A DNA stretch of 64,000 nucleotides from assembly GCF_964204645.1 (NCBI RefSeq), contig NC_134030.1:2894778-2958777 (forward strand), written 5' to 3'. The translations under genes were made by a program, and so were the position numbers. Shown here one piece after another: positions 52,099 through 64,000 of the stretch; within the stretch, counting starts at the first letter, position 1, and each line of letters opens with the position of its first letter. The notes below the pieces were generated by a model, which saw nothing but the letters and a program-made list of their open reading frames with translations, made no database searches and had not been told where the DNA came from. The stretch comes from Tubulanus polymorphus (Eukaryota > Animalia > Nemertea).

Positions 52099-52437
52099 CA
52101 TCCTCCATCGGCTGGGATTCGAACCTGATGGCATCGAGATTGCCACGGCACGAAACCCTGCCATAATCGACCGTGTGCGCAGATACATGCGCAGTTCAGA
52201 TGATGTGATTTTTAGCCAATCAGAAATCCCGTTTTATTTTAGCCTGGGTTTTCCCATTTATAATTCTTCCTTGAAATTTGCCTCAACGATTATACAACGA
52301 GTAATCTGATTGGTGCCGCCAGTTTTCGTTCGGAAAGCTGCGCATGTAGCTGCGCACCCGGTCTACTGATGCAGGGGTTCGTGCCGTGGCTGAGTGTAGC
52401 GATGCCATCAGGTTCGAGTCCCTGCAGAGGGAGGATG
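52099..52437. mobile_element. 339-bp MITE with CATCC...GGATG termini and B-box-like sub-terminal motifs (copy 1)
   Basis: Near-identical inverted copy at 54587-54925. An older fragment of the same family follows at about 52438-52515. Confidence 0.85.
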
Positions 52438-53422
52438 GCACGAACCCTGCAACACTAGACCGAATGCGTAGTTAACGCAGTCTCAAAATTACGTACGAAA
52501 ACCCGCGGCACCAATATAAAACCAAGCTAAAATTCTTACAGATTTTCCACGTGGAGTCATGTCCTATTGTACTAGTGGTACTTTCTTCCCTAAACGTATT
52601 TTAGATCAAATAGTAAACCCTTTTTTCAGAACACATTTTCATGTGTAAAAATCTATTTGATAAATTTGCAAATTTCTCACGAATTTCTTCCCTAGGCTTT
52701 CAAGGAGCCTGAGTCGTGAGTGACGAGCTTTGCTCCCAGATAATCGTTAAAATTGATAAGCTTTTACAGATACAAGAACAAATACTTCATTGTAAGTGTT
52801 TGTATGTGCGTAAACATAGTTAATTACATACACAATCATCTGCTATTGTAATTGCAGGTTTATTATGTCCAGTGATTGGCAACGTGAGCATTAGTTCAGG
52901 CGAGTGTATATCACAACTCGTACGGGACAATATTCACGTGTAGGCGCATGCGACAGACTCAAAATTCTCACACTAACCGCGGGTGACAATCAGAACAACA
53001 ACAACCACTCAACAGACGCGGTCAACATATAGGAACATCGTTAAAAGGTAATATTTTAATACATCTTTTCGATTGCTTTCATTGCGACTTTGAGCATTAG
53101 CATAAGATTTAGTATTCTTAGAGATAGCCTGATGTCGATATAGAAAATCTCGCACTACAAATGAAAAGAAAGGTCCTAATTTTTTTCTTAATCTATTGGA
53201 TTCAACGTTTCGACTCTATCCTAATAGTCATTTTCAGGCCTCATGAAGTTACAATACAGGAATACTGAGGTTTAGCTCTCATTTAAACAATCGATTTAGC
53301 TTCATAACTGCTTCATCATTGGGTGTTGAGTCTAGCTCATTCTACTTATTTGTCGATTCGGTTTAACAAGTTTATCACGAAATGCAGGAAAAAAATTTGT
53401 TTTTCTTTAAAATCAGATAAAA

Positions 53423-54512
53423 ATGGAAACTGAGAAGAAACTATATCGACACAGCGGAGGCCGTGTAACAGTTATAGTGTTAACTGTTTTAATGTATGGC
53501 GTAGCTCTGTTCTTCAACTATTTGGCATCTTCTCCGATGGGTCAAAAACTCGGTAAGCGTTTTTTAATCGATTTGATTGTTCTTTTTTCCTCGTATGGAA
53601 CTTTTTAACTATCTTTCCTTTAAATCAATTTCTTTTCTAATTTCAGGCCTATACGTCAGCAATACAGGAAATGTATCGGATCGGTTTTACCTAGAGGTCA
53701 CACCAGCCGGTTGGACATTCACTATCTGGGCGTTTATTTACGTATGGCAAGGGACCTGGCTGTTGTACGGATTCGCTTCGATTTTCAGGAAACTACCAGA
53801 CGGTTACATGTACCAAACTCCACCTGTCATCCAACTACCGACCTACATCGTTTACATGTTCAACCTTGGATTCAACATAGGCTGGGTGTTTATATTTGAT
53901 CGTGGATTGATCGTACCCTCGCTCGTTTTTATCGTACTGATTCCGCTGACGCTGATCGCCTGTCTGATCCTCGAGTATCGTCGTATCGGACACACTTATC
54001 AGACTCTGACAAGTCACGGTAAGAAAGCCGACGTATGGCTGGTTCGACTTTTTGTACATAACGGTCTGGCTTTCTACTGCGGTTGGGTGAGCGTCGCTTC
54101 TCTACTGAATACAGGCTTCGTACTCGTCTACATCCTAGAAGTTGCCAATGACGTAGCTTCCACTGTCGTACTTGCTCTTTTAGCCTTCATCTTGGTTTTG
54201 TATTTTTGTTTGGACATGTTTTTACTGGACAGATTTACTCGATACCAATTCAGCAACTACATTCCCGTTATAATGGCGCTAGGGGGCAGCATCGCTAAGA
54301 ATTACGAACGAGTCGGGCCGTCATCTAGGAATCCGATTTTCACGGTCGTGTTGCTGGCTGTTGCGTTGACGTGTTTTGTCGTGAAGATGATAGTTTTGAT
54401 TGTGCGACACGTCAGAGATCCACTCGCTAATGGAGGCAGTGTATCTGATATAAATCCTATTGCTTTAGATGAAAAATCACACGCTGAAACAAAACAAGGA
54501 ATTGCGGCGTGA
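53423..54512 (+). CDS. Multi-pass membrane protein, TspO/MBR-like uncharacterised family, copy 1 (331 aa)
   Basis: Exons 53423-53552 and 53647-54512 (phase 1). About 8 TM helices. Motifs VSDRF-x-L-x-V-TPAGWTF-x-IW-x-x-IY-x-WQ, N-x-x-W and NG-x-A-x-Y-x-x-W are characteristic of this conserved uncharacterised family. Confidence 0.85.
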
Positions 54513-54586
54513 ACATGTGGAGCGATCGTAAACAGTTTAATGGTAGCTGAAAAATCGTTTTCCTGACAATTGTTGCAAACAAAACA

Positions 54587-54925
54587 CATCCTCCCTCTGC
54601 AGGGACTCGAACCTGATGGCATCGCTACACTCAGCCACGGCACGAACCCCTGCATCAGTAGACCGGTTGCGCAGGTATATGCGCAGCTTTCCGAACGAAA
54701 ACTGGCGGCACCAATCAGATTGCTCGTTGTATAAACGTTGAGGCAAATTTCAAGGAAGAACTATAAATGGGAAAACCCGGGCTAAAATAAAAGGGGATAT
54801 CTGATTGGCTAAAAATCACATCATCTGAACTGCGCATGTATCTGCGCACACGGTCGATTATGGCAGGGTTTCGTGCCGTGGCAATCTCGATGCCATCAGC
54901 TTCGAATCCCTGCCGGGGTAGGATG
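54587..54925. mobile_element. 339-bp hAT-type MITE (copy 2) in the 3' flank of membrane-protein copy 1
   Basis: Perfect 8-bp target-site duplication ACAAAACA (54579-54586 and 54926-54933) with CA...TG termini. Absent from the paralogous site after copy 2. Confidence 0.9.
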
Positions 54926-55821
54926 ACAAAACACAACTTTAAATACAACTTATGGTGGAAAACCAGACACCAGTTACCAGACACGACGAAACAGGCCGCC
55001 CCGAAGACATTTATTTCAAATTGACATTCTTATTTTTTACGCTGTTCATTCTTTGTTTCTAGATGAAAAACCATTTTAAAGAGAAATTCATCTACAAGAT
55101 TACTATAATTTTTCTAATGAATACAAACTATGGAAATGTATTCATGGTATATCGAACGAAAAAAACTATCATGTAACTTGTAAGTTAATGGAAATACAAT
55201 TTTCGAACTTGTAAACGATTCATTACTCTGTAAATAGTAAATAAATGAATATTTTATCCATAGCTTCATAAGTACATATACTTATCTACGCTATCTACGA
55301 GGAACCTATTGATATGGTACTTCTAATCAAACCTATCCAATGAATGCCCGTATTTGGGATATAGCTTTCAGTGTTATATACCGCCCGTAGCCGACATTAC
55401 TAGAGGAATGTTCTCATATTGACTCTCACGCACAAGGGTGCTTGTATTGATGGTTTGAATCTGTAAATGAATAAGTATGGGGGCCATCAATAAAACTATA
55501 TCGAATTGTAATGATAAAAACATTTTTACCTGAATCGAGGCATATATAATGCATGTATCAGCGTATTGACATTATTTTATTGTTTTCCCGCTTGCACGGC
55601 AAGGCCAAATTGGACATATAAAGCCATCGCTAGAACGCAAAAAGCCCGGGACTGTTGCAAAAAAAGACCAGCCACCATAACAGACAGACCAAGGAAGGAA
55701 AAGACGTGGAAACTGATTGATCAAAAAAGTACAAAAATACCAAAATGAGTCTAGAGCACCAATTGTTTTTAATTACTTATACAAGGGCAGAGGGAAGGGT
55801 TAAAATACACTGAATATAAAT

Positions 55822-56870
55822 TTGAGAAAAAATTCATTTACGAAAATTTATAATTTGTTTTTGGTATCTCACTGTAGATCATCGCCAGATGTTTTAACTT
55901 TGCATGTAACGCGTTTTTTGAATAACATATCTGTTAACCACACGCGGGCACTCGTCTACAACCATTCTTGTGATGTGTCACTTCTTCTTCATCCTCGCTT
56001 GCCAGGGGTCCAGTGTCACTCCTGAACTTGCTTCCACCAGCCCCCTGGCCTCACGAAGCGTGATTTCATTACTGGCGCTGTTGCGCATGACGTCATATAT
56101 CGATTTGCGAAATACTTCCTTGTTCGGTAAAACGTTCGCTGATTGGTCCATTTAACGGGAAAACCAACAGAAGTCTACTGTCGGTTTGTTACAAGCGCTG
56201 TGATTGGTACGACCGGATTCTGGTCGGCTAGTAACGACTCCAACGACTCGTGAGGTCAAGGGGTTCGGGGAACAGCTTTAGCGTAGTGGGTTCGAATCCC
56301 TTGACGGGTGAAGATGCTTCATCTTCAACATCTGCATTTCAGAATCAAATGTTTCGCCGTGCGCGTTATAGATGCATGATAAACATTTGGTGGAAATGAG
56401 AGAGCTTCACTAAAAAATAATTTGCCAAAATAAAACTCGGATTTCACTAAATCACGGTATAATATATCTGATAATCTAGATATCGAATACATTCGTAACG
56501 AAATCCTGTATAAGCGAGGCAAGTGTTAAAATCACCAAAGAGAAATATGAGAAAAAACCGATTTACGAAAATTTAGAATTAGTGTTCGGTATCTCTCTCC
56601 CATCGTCAGGTGTTTTAACGCGTTTTTTGAATAGAATATCTGTCAAACACACGCGGGTGTGACTCGTCTGCAACCATTCTCGTGATGTGTCCCCTTTAAT
56701 CTTCAACGTCTTCATTTCAGAATCAAATGTTTCACCGTGCGCGCGCTACAGATGCACGGTAAACGATTTGAGCTTCCCTGAAATCAGAATTAAATTTGGA
56801 TTTTAATGAATCACGGTGTAATATATCTAATTATCTAGATATCGAATACATTCGTAACGAATCCTGTAAA
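55822..56870. repeat. Local tandem duplication (about 330-bp unit x2); the first unit is interrupted by a MITE (55990-56316)
   Basis: gagaaaaa..atttacgaaaattta...gatgtgtc...catttcagaatcaaatgtttc...tatcgaatacattcgtaacga occurs at 55822-56510 and 56547-56870. The MITE has CATCCTC...GAAGATG ends and GGTTCGAATCCC. Confidence 0.85.
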
Positions 56871-56961
56871 ATTAAAAATGAAATTCGATACAGAATATTC
56901 GACGAATGTTCGCCGTAGTAACCATTGTTAAAACGAGCTCGTGCGGTATGCTAGTAGCGCG

Positions 56962-57951
56962 ATGGTGTTAGTATTCAATAATGATTCTGATGCGTTACAG
57001 CAATGGCTCGAATCGGCGTCGGCTCCGGTCGCCGCCGCGTTCGTCGAAAAATACATCCGAAATCCGTCGAATATGGCAAATTTCTGGCTGTATTTCGGTA
57101 TATTTACGGTGATATTTCCGTTCGGTTTGGTCGGTAATATTCTCACTCTAATAGTGATGTGTACGCCGACGATGCGACGTCGTTCGTACTCTGTTTATTT
57201 ACTGGTTTTGTCGTTATTCGACCTGACGATGGTCGCGTTTAATTCGATCGGTTGGATCAACATCGTATCGATTCTAGTCACCGGGCCGATTGCCATCACT
57301 TTCCGTACTACGTCCAGTTGTATGGCTATCGAGTTCTTCCACGATTTAGGCATCATGGGCGGCTCGTGGTTTATAGTGATGATATCGTTTGAGCGGTTAC
57401 TGATAGTTCATTGGCCGATCAAATCTCGTCTTATTTGCTCAGTGAATTCTGCTAGAATCATAGCCGTTTTTGTGACCGGTTTCAGCGTGGCTTTTTCCAT
57501 ATGGACAGCGACTCGTGTAGACTACTGGTCGGGGTATAGTTGTTATTTTCCGGAGAAAGACCGCGCTTTGGATCACTATTTGTCGGTCATCTTCTATTTC
57601 TTTGTACCGGTGCCGTTACTGACGATTTTCAATATTTGTATCGTCACGAAAATATTCAGAAGCAAAAATATGGGAAACAGCGAGCGAAAGGATGAAAATA
57701 TAACCAAAGTGACGATCACGATGATGATAGTTTCAACCGTTTTTCTGATTTGTCTTTTGCCGGTGGCTTTCGTCGTGTCGTTACTGGTCGCGATACCGCA
57801 CGATCAGCAAGAACAACTCGGGCTGTCTAACGCGATGCAAGTTTGCGAGATAATTCTAGCCGTTAATTATTGCTGTAACTTTTATATCTACACAATTACC
57901 GGAGGTGAAATCAGACAGGCTGTCGTAAAATTGATTTGCCCTCGACGATAG
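56962..57951 (+). CDS. Intronless class A GPCR, peptide-receptor-like, about 329 aa
   Basis: Motifs: TM1 FGLVGN, TM2 LSLFD, TM3 SFERL..VHWP, TM5 P..L..FN, TM6 CLLP, TM7 NYCCNFYIY. The first in-frame ATG is at 56962; the ORF track start at 56941 is a GTG. Confidence 0.92.
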   Translation: MVLVFNNDSDALQQWLESASAPVAAAFVEKYIRNPSNMANFWLYFGIFTVIFPFGLVGNILTLIVMCTPTMRRRSYSVYLLVLSLFDLTMVAFNSIGWINIVSILVTGPIAITFRTTSSCMAIEFFHDLGIMGGSWFIVMISFERLLIVHWPIKSRLICSVNSARIIAVFVTGFSVAFSIWTATRVDYWSGYSCYFPEKDRALDHYLSVIFYFFVPVPLLTIFNICIVTKIFRSKNMGNSERKDENITKVTITMMIVSTVFLICLLPVAFVVSLLVAIPHDQQEQLGLSNAMQVCEIILAVNYCCNFYIYTITGGEIRQAVVKLICPRR

Positions 57952-60045
57952 TTTGCGTCAGGAGTGAGGGTAATTTTATCAAATTTGCCTTGAACCCCCA
58001 TTAAAATGTTGAGTATCAATATAGAATTATGGCTTGTGTTATATAATCGAGATTTTTTGATGCAGTAGTTCAATGACTTCAAATATGGTAAGGACTAAAC
58101 GTCCGTGAACAAGTACAAAAACGAGTTTTTACAACTTGAAGAATTTTCCAATACAATTCACTTCACACACGTATTATACAAATACAATCCTGTGAAGTGT
58201 TATAACAATATAGATTTCGTGAATAATATCACTGACGGTTTCACACTTGAACGCATGCATATACGTGTCGCGAGGATTGCAATATCAGTGTCAAGGTCAA
58301 AGAGACGCGCGTGTTAAACGACCTCGGATCTTGACATTCGAGCGCCGTCTGGTGGATGATGTGCGTAGAAAGGTCGTATTACATCAGGCCATTGTTAAAA
58401 AAAAACAAATAAACGTCTTATCAAATTTATTTAAATTCTTAATCCTTTAGCGATTAGAGATTCAATATTTGTTGTGAATCCGAGCAGGAGCCTTTGGGGA
58501 ACTGTTGTTATTAAAAAAAGAAAAACGGACTATTTTTGCTATACATAGGCCTAATACTAATTTCACTGGCTGTTGTAGAACTGATCCTTCAGAAGATGCT
58601 ACGATGGTCATAGAGCAATTGCCCAGTTCAGCAATTGTCGGTTAAGTTTGAAATTTACTAGGCTTTTAGGAAATTTTACAAATAATAGAGTCAAATGTTA
58701 AGTGAGATCTGGCGTCCAGTAACGGAATATTCGTATCGTCAGAGATTGTTGAGTTTGAGGGGTTAATTCGTTCAGCAAGTTCCTAGGTTCATGCGGCCAA
58801 TAAAATGACCTGATTCCGATTTACGAGCGATTTATGATTATCTCCGAAGTTCAGTTTATATAAAACCATTTGTTTTTTATGTGATATTTTCCTTTTATGA
58901 AAGTATTCTAGATTTTAATTTTGTCCTTGGAAATTCTGGCATAAAACGCTCGTACGTGATCGCGCGCTACTACGCAGTAGAATAGCGAAAAATCACGTTG
59001 TGAAAAATCTTTTTAATAACGTGAAAGATGGTAATTAGAAACACGAACATGAACTATGCGAGCATGAAATATCTATTCAAAGTTCTTCGCACTGATTCTT
59101 CACACGGGGTCGTGTCTCCACACGGGGTCGTGTCCTATCGAACTCAGGTGGTATTTCCTTGCGTTTGCGAATATATCTTGTATTAAATAATGAACGCTAT
59201 TTTTTAAAACATCCATGTTTAAATCTCTTTGATAAATTTGAGCAAATTGCAGGACGTGCATGTTCTCGTGAATTCCTTTCTTATTCCGGGCGAAACTCGG
59301 GCAGAAATCAAACGCATCTCAACAGTGAATGTTGTAGAACTGTGAACAACTAACTGATTGATAGTTTGTCAAAAGACAAATTACCGATCTATTTATTAAA
59401 CCGTATTTCAACGCCTTCAATTATCGACGAAAGACCATCGCTGGTCATACGTCTAAGTTACTGATTACTGAAAACGTTCCGAGAGATCTCACGAGTTTCC
59501 GGCTTCTACACATCTATGTCCGATTTCTAGCCAAGAACAAATATCTTATTGTATATGTCTGTATGTACGTAAATTAATAATACATAATCATCTACTATTG
59601 TACTGGTTTATCATGTCCACTGATTGGCAACGTGAGTTCAGTCAAGTGTATATAACAACTCGTACGGGACAATATTCCCGAGTATATTCCTGTGTATTCA
59701 CGTGTAGGCGCATGAGACCGACTCGAAATTCTCGATACAACCAACGTATGACATCGTAAGATCACATTAACATCACAACAACAGCCACACAGCAAACGTT
59801 GTTTAGGATACAGGATATCATTAAAAAAAAACAAGGTAACATTCTTATATGAACATCGTTTGAGCTGCTTCCCTTGCGGCTGTGACCATATGGATTCGAT
59901 GTCCAGTGTTCGGAGATTATGATATAATCATTGTTTGTGGAGTTTTGTTCATTTACTTATCGGTAAATCATGTTCAAACGACTTTTATGGCAAAATGTAC
60001 GTGATAATAAATTTTCTGTTTTTTTTAAATCTAACATAGATAAAA

Positions 60046-61313
60046 ATGGAAACTGAAAAGAAACTATATCGACACAGCGGAGGCCATGTAGCAGTTATAG
60101 TGTTAACTGATATATCGTTTGGCGTATCTCTGTTCTTCAACTATTTGGCATCTTCTCCGATCGGTCAAAAACTCGGTAAGCATCAAGAATCGTAATGTAA
60201 TGTATATTGTTTATTCACCATGAATATGTACAATATACTTCATGATTCACAAAGTTATTTGATTACAAATATGAAAAGTACATACAGTGGAATCTCAGGT
60301 AGTATACGAATCTTGTCGGCAAGCGTGAAATTGTCGTATTAAGCTGGTTTCAGATCATCTTAAATCAACTTGATTGCAACATTGTGAATATCTTAGCTGA
60401 AAATAATCATAATCAACGGGTTTGAAATAAATCGTTTCTAATTTCAGGTTTTTACGTCAGCTCTATAAGTGAAGTATCGGATCGGTTTTACCTGGAAATT
60501 TCACCAGCCGGTTGGACTTTTACTATCTGGGCGTTTATTTACGTATGGCAAGGGGCCTGGCTGTTGTACGGATTCGCTTCGATTTTCAGGAAACTACCAG
60601 ACGGTTACATGTACCAAACTCCACCTGTCATCCAACTACCGACCTACATCGTTTACATGTTCAACCTTGGATTCAACATAGGCTGGGTGTTTCTATTTGA
60701 TCGTGCACTGATCGTACCCTCGCTCGTGTTTATCGTACTGATTCCGCTGACGCTGATCGCCTGTCTGATCCTCGAGTACCGTCGTATCGGACACACTTAT
60801 CAGACTCTGACAAGTCACGGTAAGCAAGCCGACGTATGGCTGGTTCGACTTTTTGTACATAACGGTTTGGCTTTCTACTGCGGTTGGGTGAGCGTCGCTT
60901 CTCTACTGAATACAGGCTTCGTACTTGTCTACATCCTAGAGGTTGCCAATGACGTAGCTTCCACTATCGTACTTGCTCTTTTAGCCTTCATCTTGGTTTT
61001 GTATTTTTGTTTGGACATGTTTTTACTGGACAGATTTACTCGATACCAATTCAGCAACTACATTCCCGTTATAATGGCGCTAGGGGGCAGCATCGCTAAG
61101 AATTACGAACGAGTCGGGCCGTCATCTAGGAATCCGATTTTCACGGTCGTGTTGCTGGCTGTTGCGTTGACGTGTTTTGTCGTGAAGATGATAGTTTTGA
61201 TTGTGCGACACGTCAGAGATCCACTCGCTAATGGAGGCAGTGTATCTGATATAAATCCTATTGCTTTAGATGAAAAATCACCCGCTGAAACAAAACAAGG
61301 AATTGCGGCATGA
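60046..61313 (+). CDS. Multi-pass membrane protein, TspO/MBR-like family, copy 2
   Basis: Exons 60046-60175 and 60448-61313 splice to an intact ORF nearly identical to copy 1. Confidence 0.85.
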
Positions 61314-63590
61314 ACACGCGGAGCGATCGTCCACAATTCAATCATGGCTGAAAGAAACACTTTTCCTAAAGATTATACCAAAATTAATGTTCTGAAAAAA
61401 CTTTTATTACGCTAATACAGCTTTAAGGTAGATCTGTGTATTGGAAGCCATGAAAGTTTTTTTGTCGTTGTAATTTTTTGGCTGCCCAAATCATTTTCAG
61501 GAAACATTGCGGCCCTTCTTTGGCACCATTTAAATTTGGTTTGTATAGAATTAAATAACAATGTAAAGATATTCTTATCTTGTAACAAATAAATACTTTT
61601 TGTATTTTTTATATTTTGTGTATTGAATGAACTTCTAAATAATGTATAATTGCTCTGTAAATAGTGAATAAAAGTTTGTCATATTATTATGAGTATCTTG
61701 TTTCGTAATTATTGTAGTGTCAAAATACTGGTTGATTATTGAAATTCATACACGCAGAGACCTACACTTTGTGCTCCTGTCCAAGGAACCCTTTGATGAA
61801 CTTCTAATCAAGCTCATCCAATGATCCATATTTGAGATAAGACTTATACGACTTAGAATTCTTTGAGACTGAGTGCGACTTCTGCGGCAAAAAATCCAAT
61901 GGCCAATATCCAGCAAGTTCGCCTAGAAATTTTGTGTAAGACTGGTCGCCTCTCCAATTCTGCACCACCCGCATTCGTCGTCAGAATAGATGGGATCAAC
62001 TGATCTTTAACTGAAGGTAGAGACCGGCAACCAGTCTAATTTTGCGCCTGATGATAACGCGGTGGTTTATAGGCGCGCAAGTCTCGAGACCTCGGTGAAA
62101 CAGTTGCGCCAAAACTTTTACTCCACACTGTTTTATCAATGTCCGCTTCTATAATATAAACAATAGTAAATACATTTCTTCTTCAAACAGTGTTTTTGTT
62201 GAACCTCTCTGTAATGCAAATATTATCTACGAAACTGTACTTTGTACCATTTTTGCGCACATGTCATTTTTGTGATGCAATTTTATTTTCACAATTCTAA
62301 GGTGTGAAAAAGCAGGCTGTCGCGAAATCGATTTTCTCATGTCTGTTTCAGAAGGGAAGGCCGATTTGCCTACTTCTTTTTTTTTTACTAGAGCGATTTA
62401 TGTTACATGATGTCAATCTCTGCGACACGGCAGTTCAATGTCATGAGATAATTATTAATATTCAACGTCGACGAACAAGTTCAAAAACGGGTTTTTAACA
62501 ACTAGAAGAAATTCCAATAGAATACACCTCACCACACGTGAGACAAATAAAAATAACATATGTAACGTTTGAAGAAAAAATTAATGTTGTTTACGTGAAA
62601 AATCACAGATTACTTAAACACACGTGTCGTGAGGAATGAGATATCGGTGTCAAGGTCGAGGAGACGCGTGTGTCAAATCACGTTAAAACCTGGAATTTAA
62701 CATTCAAACACCAACTGCTGAATAAACCTGTAGAAAGGTCACATTTAGAGCACTCTTTTAAATCCGACCTTTTATTTTTCCTTACATGAATTTTGCTGCC
62801 AGTTTTGGATAACAAATATACGACGAACGTTATCGACTTATTTTTAGGTTTATATTTGACAGTAATAAAACATAGCCTACTGTATAGACCAAAGGCCCAG
62901 TTCCACAGGGTCGGTTTTGGCACTTAAACTAAGTTTCAAATGTCTTACTGTAGAGTCGAATCATCTTAACAAGAACTGTTTCCAGGAACGGAACATTGGA
63001 TGCACTTGTCTGCACGTCAGAGATTGTTGAGTGTAAGGGGTTAATTCGTTCAACAAGTTCGGGTTAATGCGGCAAATTGAGTGACCTGATTCCAACGCCA
63101 AATTAAGAATGACGTTTACGAAGTTTGGTTTACATAACGCTTATATAAATGCATTGGTTTTTTAATGTGATACATGTATTTTTCATTCGTGATAGTATAT
63201 ATAAGGCCTTGGAATTCTGCGCTGTTATATAAAATTCGTCCTCGACACTGGAAGTGAATAAAGACACCGCATTTTTGTTGTTGATAACTCAGGGGAAGGT
63301 ATTCCAGTATTCCTGTGCCAGCAACAGTCACGAAACAGACGCCGTTAAGGAATAGGGACGTTATCGATAAGGTACGTATTATGCTAATACATCTTTCTGA
63401 CTGCTTTCCTTTTATGGGCATGACCCAGATTTAGTTTCCTGAGAGTTACCATAGCAAATCTATAGCTGCATAAGTTCGTTAACGTATAAATTCATTCATC
63501 GTTGTTGGGTCTAGCTCAATTTGCTTATTTGTAAAATCTGATTAAGCAATTTAATGATTTAATGACGAAATTTCTTCCAAATTAGAGAAA

Positions 63591-64000
63591 ATGGAAACTG
63601 AAAAGAAAATGTATCGACACAAAGGAGGCCATGTAACAGCGATAGTGTTAACTGTTTTAATGTTTGCGGCAGTGTTGTTCTTCAACTATTTGTCATCTTC
63701 CACAATGGGACAAAAACTCGGTAAGCGTCAAGAATCGTAGATATCTCAAAATGATTATCTTTTTGCATAACTTTCTTTCTAACTGATTTTCTTTTAAATT
63801 CATTTCTAATTTCAGGCCTATACGTGAGCAGTACCGGGGATGTATCGGATCGGTTTTACCTAGAGATCACACCAGCCGGTTGGACTTTTACTATCTGGGC
63901 GTTTATCTACCTATGGCAAGGGACCTGGCTGTTGTACGGATTCGCTTCGATTTTCAGGAAACTACCAGACGGTTACATGTACCAAACTCCACCTGTCATC
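63591..64000 (+). CDS. Multi-pass membrane protein, TspO/MBR-like family, copy 3 (5' part; runs off the window)
   Basis: Exon 63591-63720 (METEKKMYRHKGGHV...) and 63816->64000 (LYVSSTGDVSDRFYLEITPAGWTF...). Confidence 0.85.

Noticed and set aside
51914-52309. 131-aa ORF and its counterpart at 54715-54984
   Set aside because: The shared peptide arises only from the repeated MITE sequence, and there are no transposase motifs.
52099-54925. Composite transposon that delivered membrane gene copy 1
   Set aside because: The right MITE has its own 8-bp TSD, so it inserted independently. The outer ends share no TSD, and upstream homology with copy 2 indicates ordinary tandem duplication.
60469-60700. 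Apparent frameshift or pseudogenisation of membrane gene copy 2 in the ORF track
   Set aside because: Splicing 60175 to 60448 restores one intact frame. The ORF track fragments reflect start-codon choice.

Overview
AT-rich, intron-containing animal DNA, probably from a marine invertebrate or lophotrochozoan (inferred from gene and repeat content). It is not prokaryotic: no rRNA, bona fide tRNA, CRISPR array or operon was seen. From left to right the window holds: (1) the 5' end of a GT31 beta-1,3-galactosyltransferase-like gene (-); (2) a complete FYCO1 orthologue of about 27 exons (RUN, coiled coil, FYVE, LIR, GOLD; 4795-17368, -); (3) two tandem ependymin-related secreted-protein genes (-) separated by an inverted scrap of FYCO1; (4) five paralogous genes for an uncharacterised secreted protein of about 200 aa, with a near-identical DNA core and hypervariable flanks (28.1-41.7 kb), with an intronless class A GPCR nested among them; (5) a large disordered basic/acidic protein gene (-); (6) long microsatellites; (7) three tandem copies of a multi-pass TspO/MBR-like membrane-protein gene, with a second intronless GPCR among them. 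Intergenic and intronic DNA carries many MITEs (hAT-, piggyBac-, Tc1/mariner- and Harbinger-like), LINE 3' ends, and several short palindromic retro-elements with minimal hammerhead-ribozyme motifs (Penelope-like). The most interesting signals are the mosaic 'constant core / variable flank' secreted family with signs of gene conversion, the hammerhead-bearing palindromic elements, and patchy homogenisation in all three tandem families. Gene models were spliced by eye; no database searches were run.
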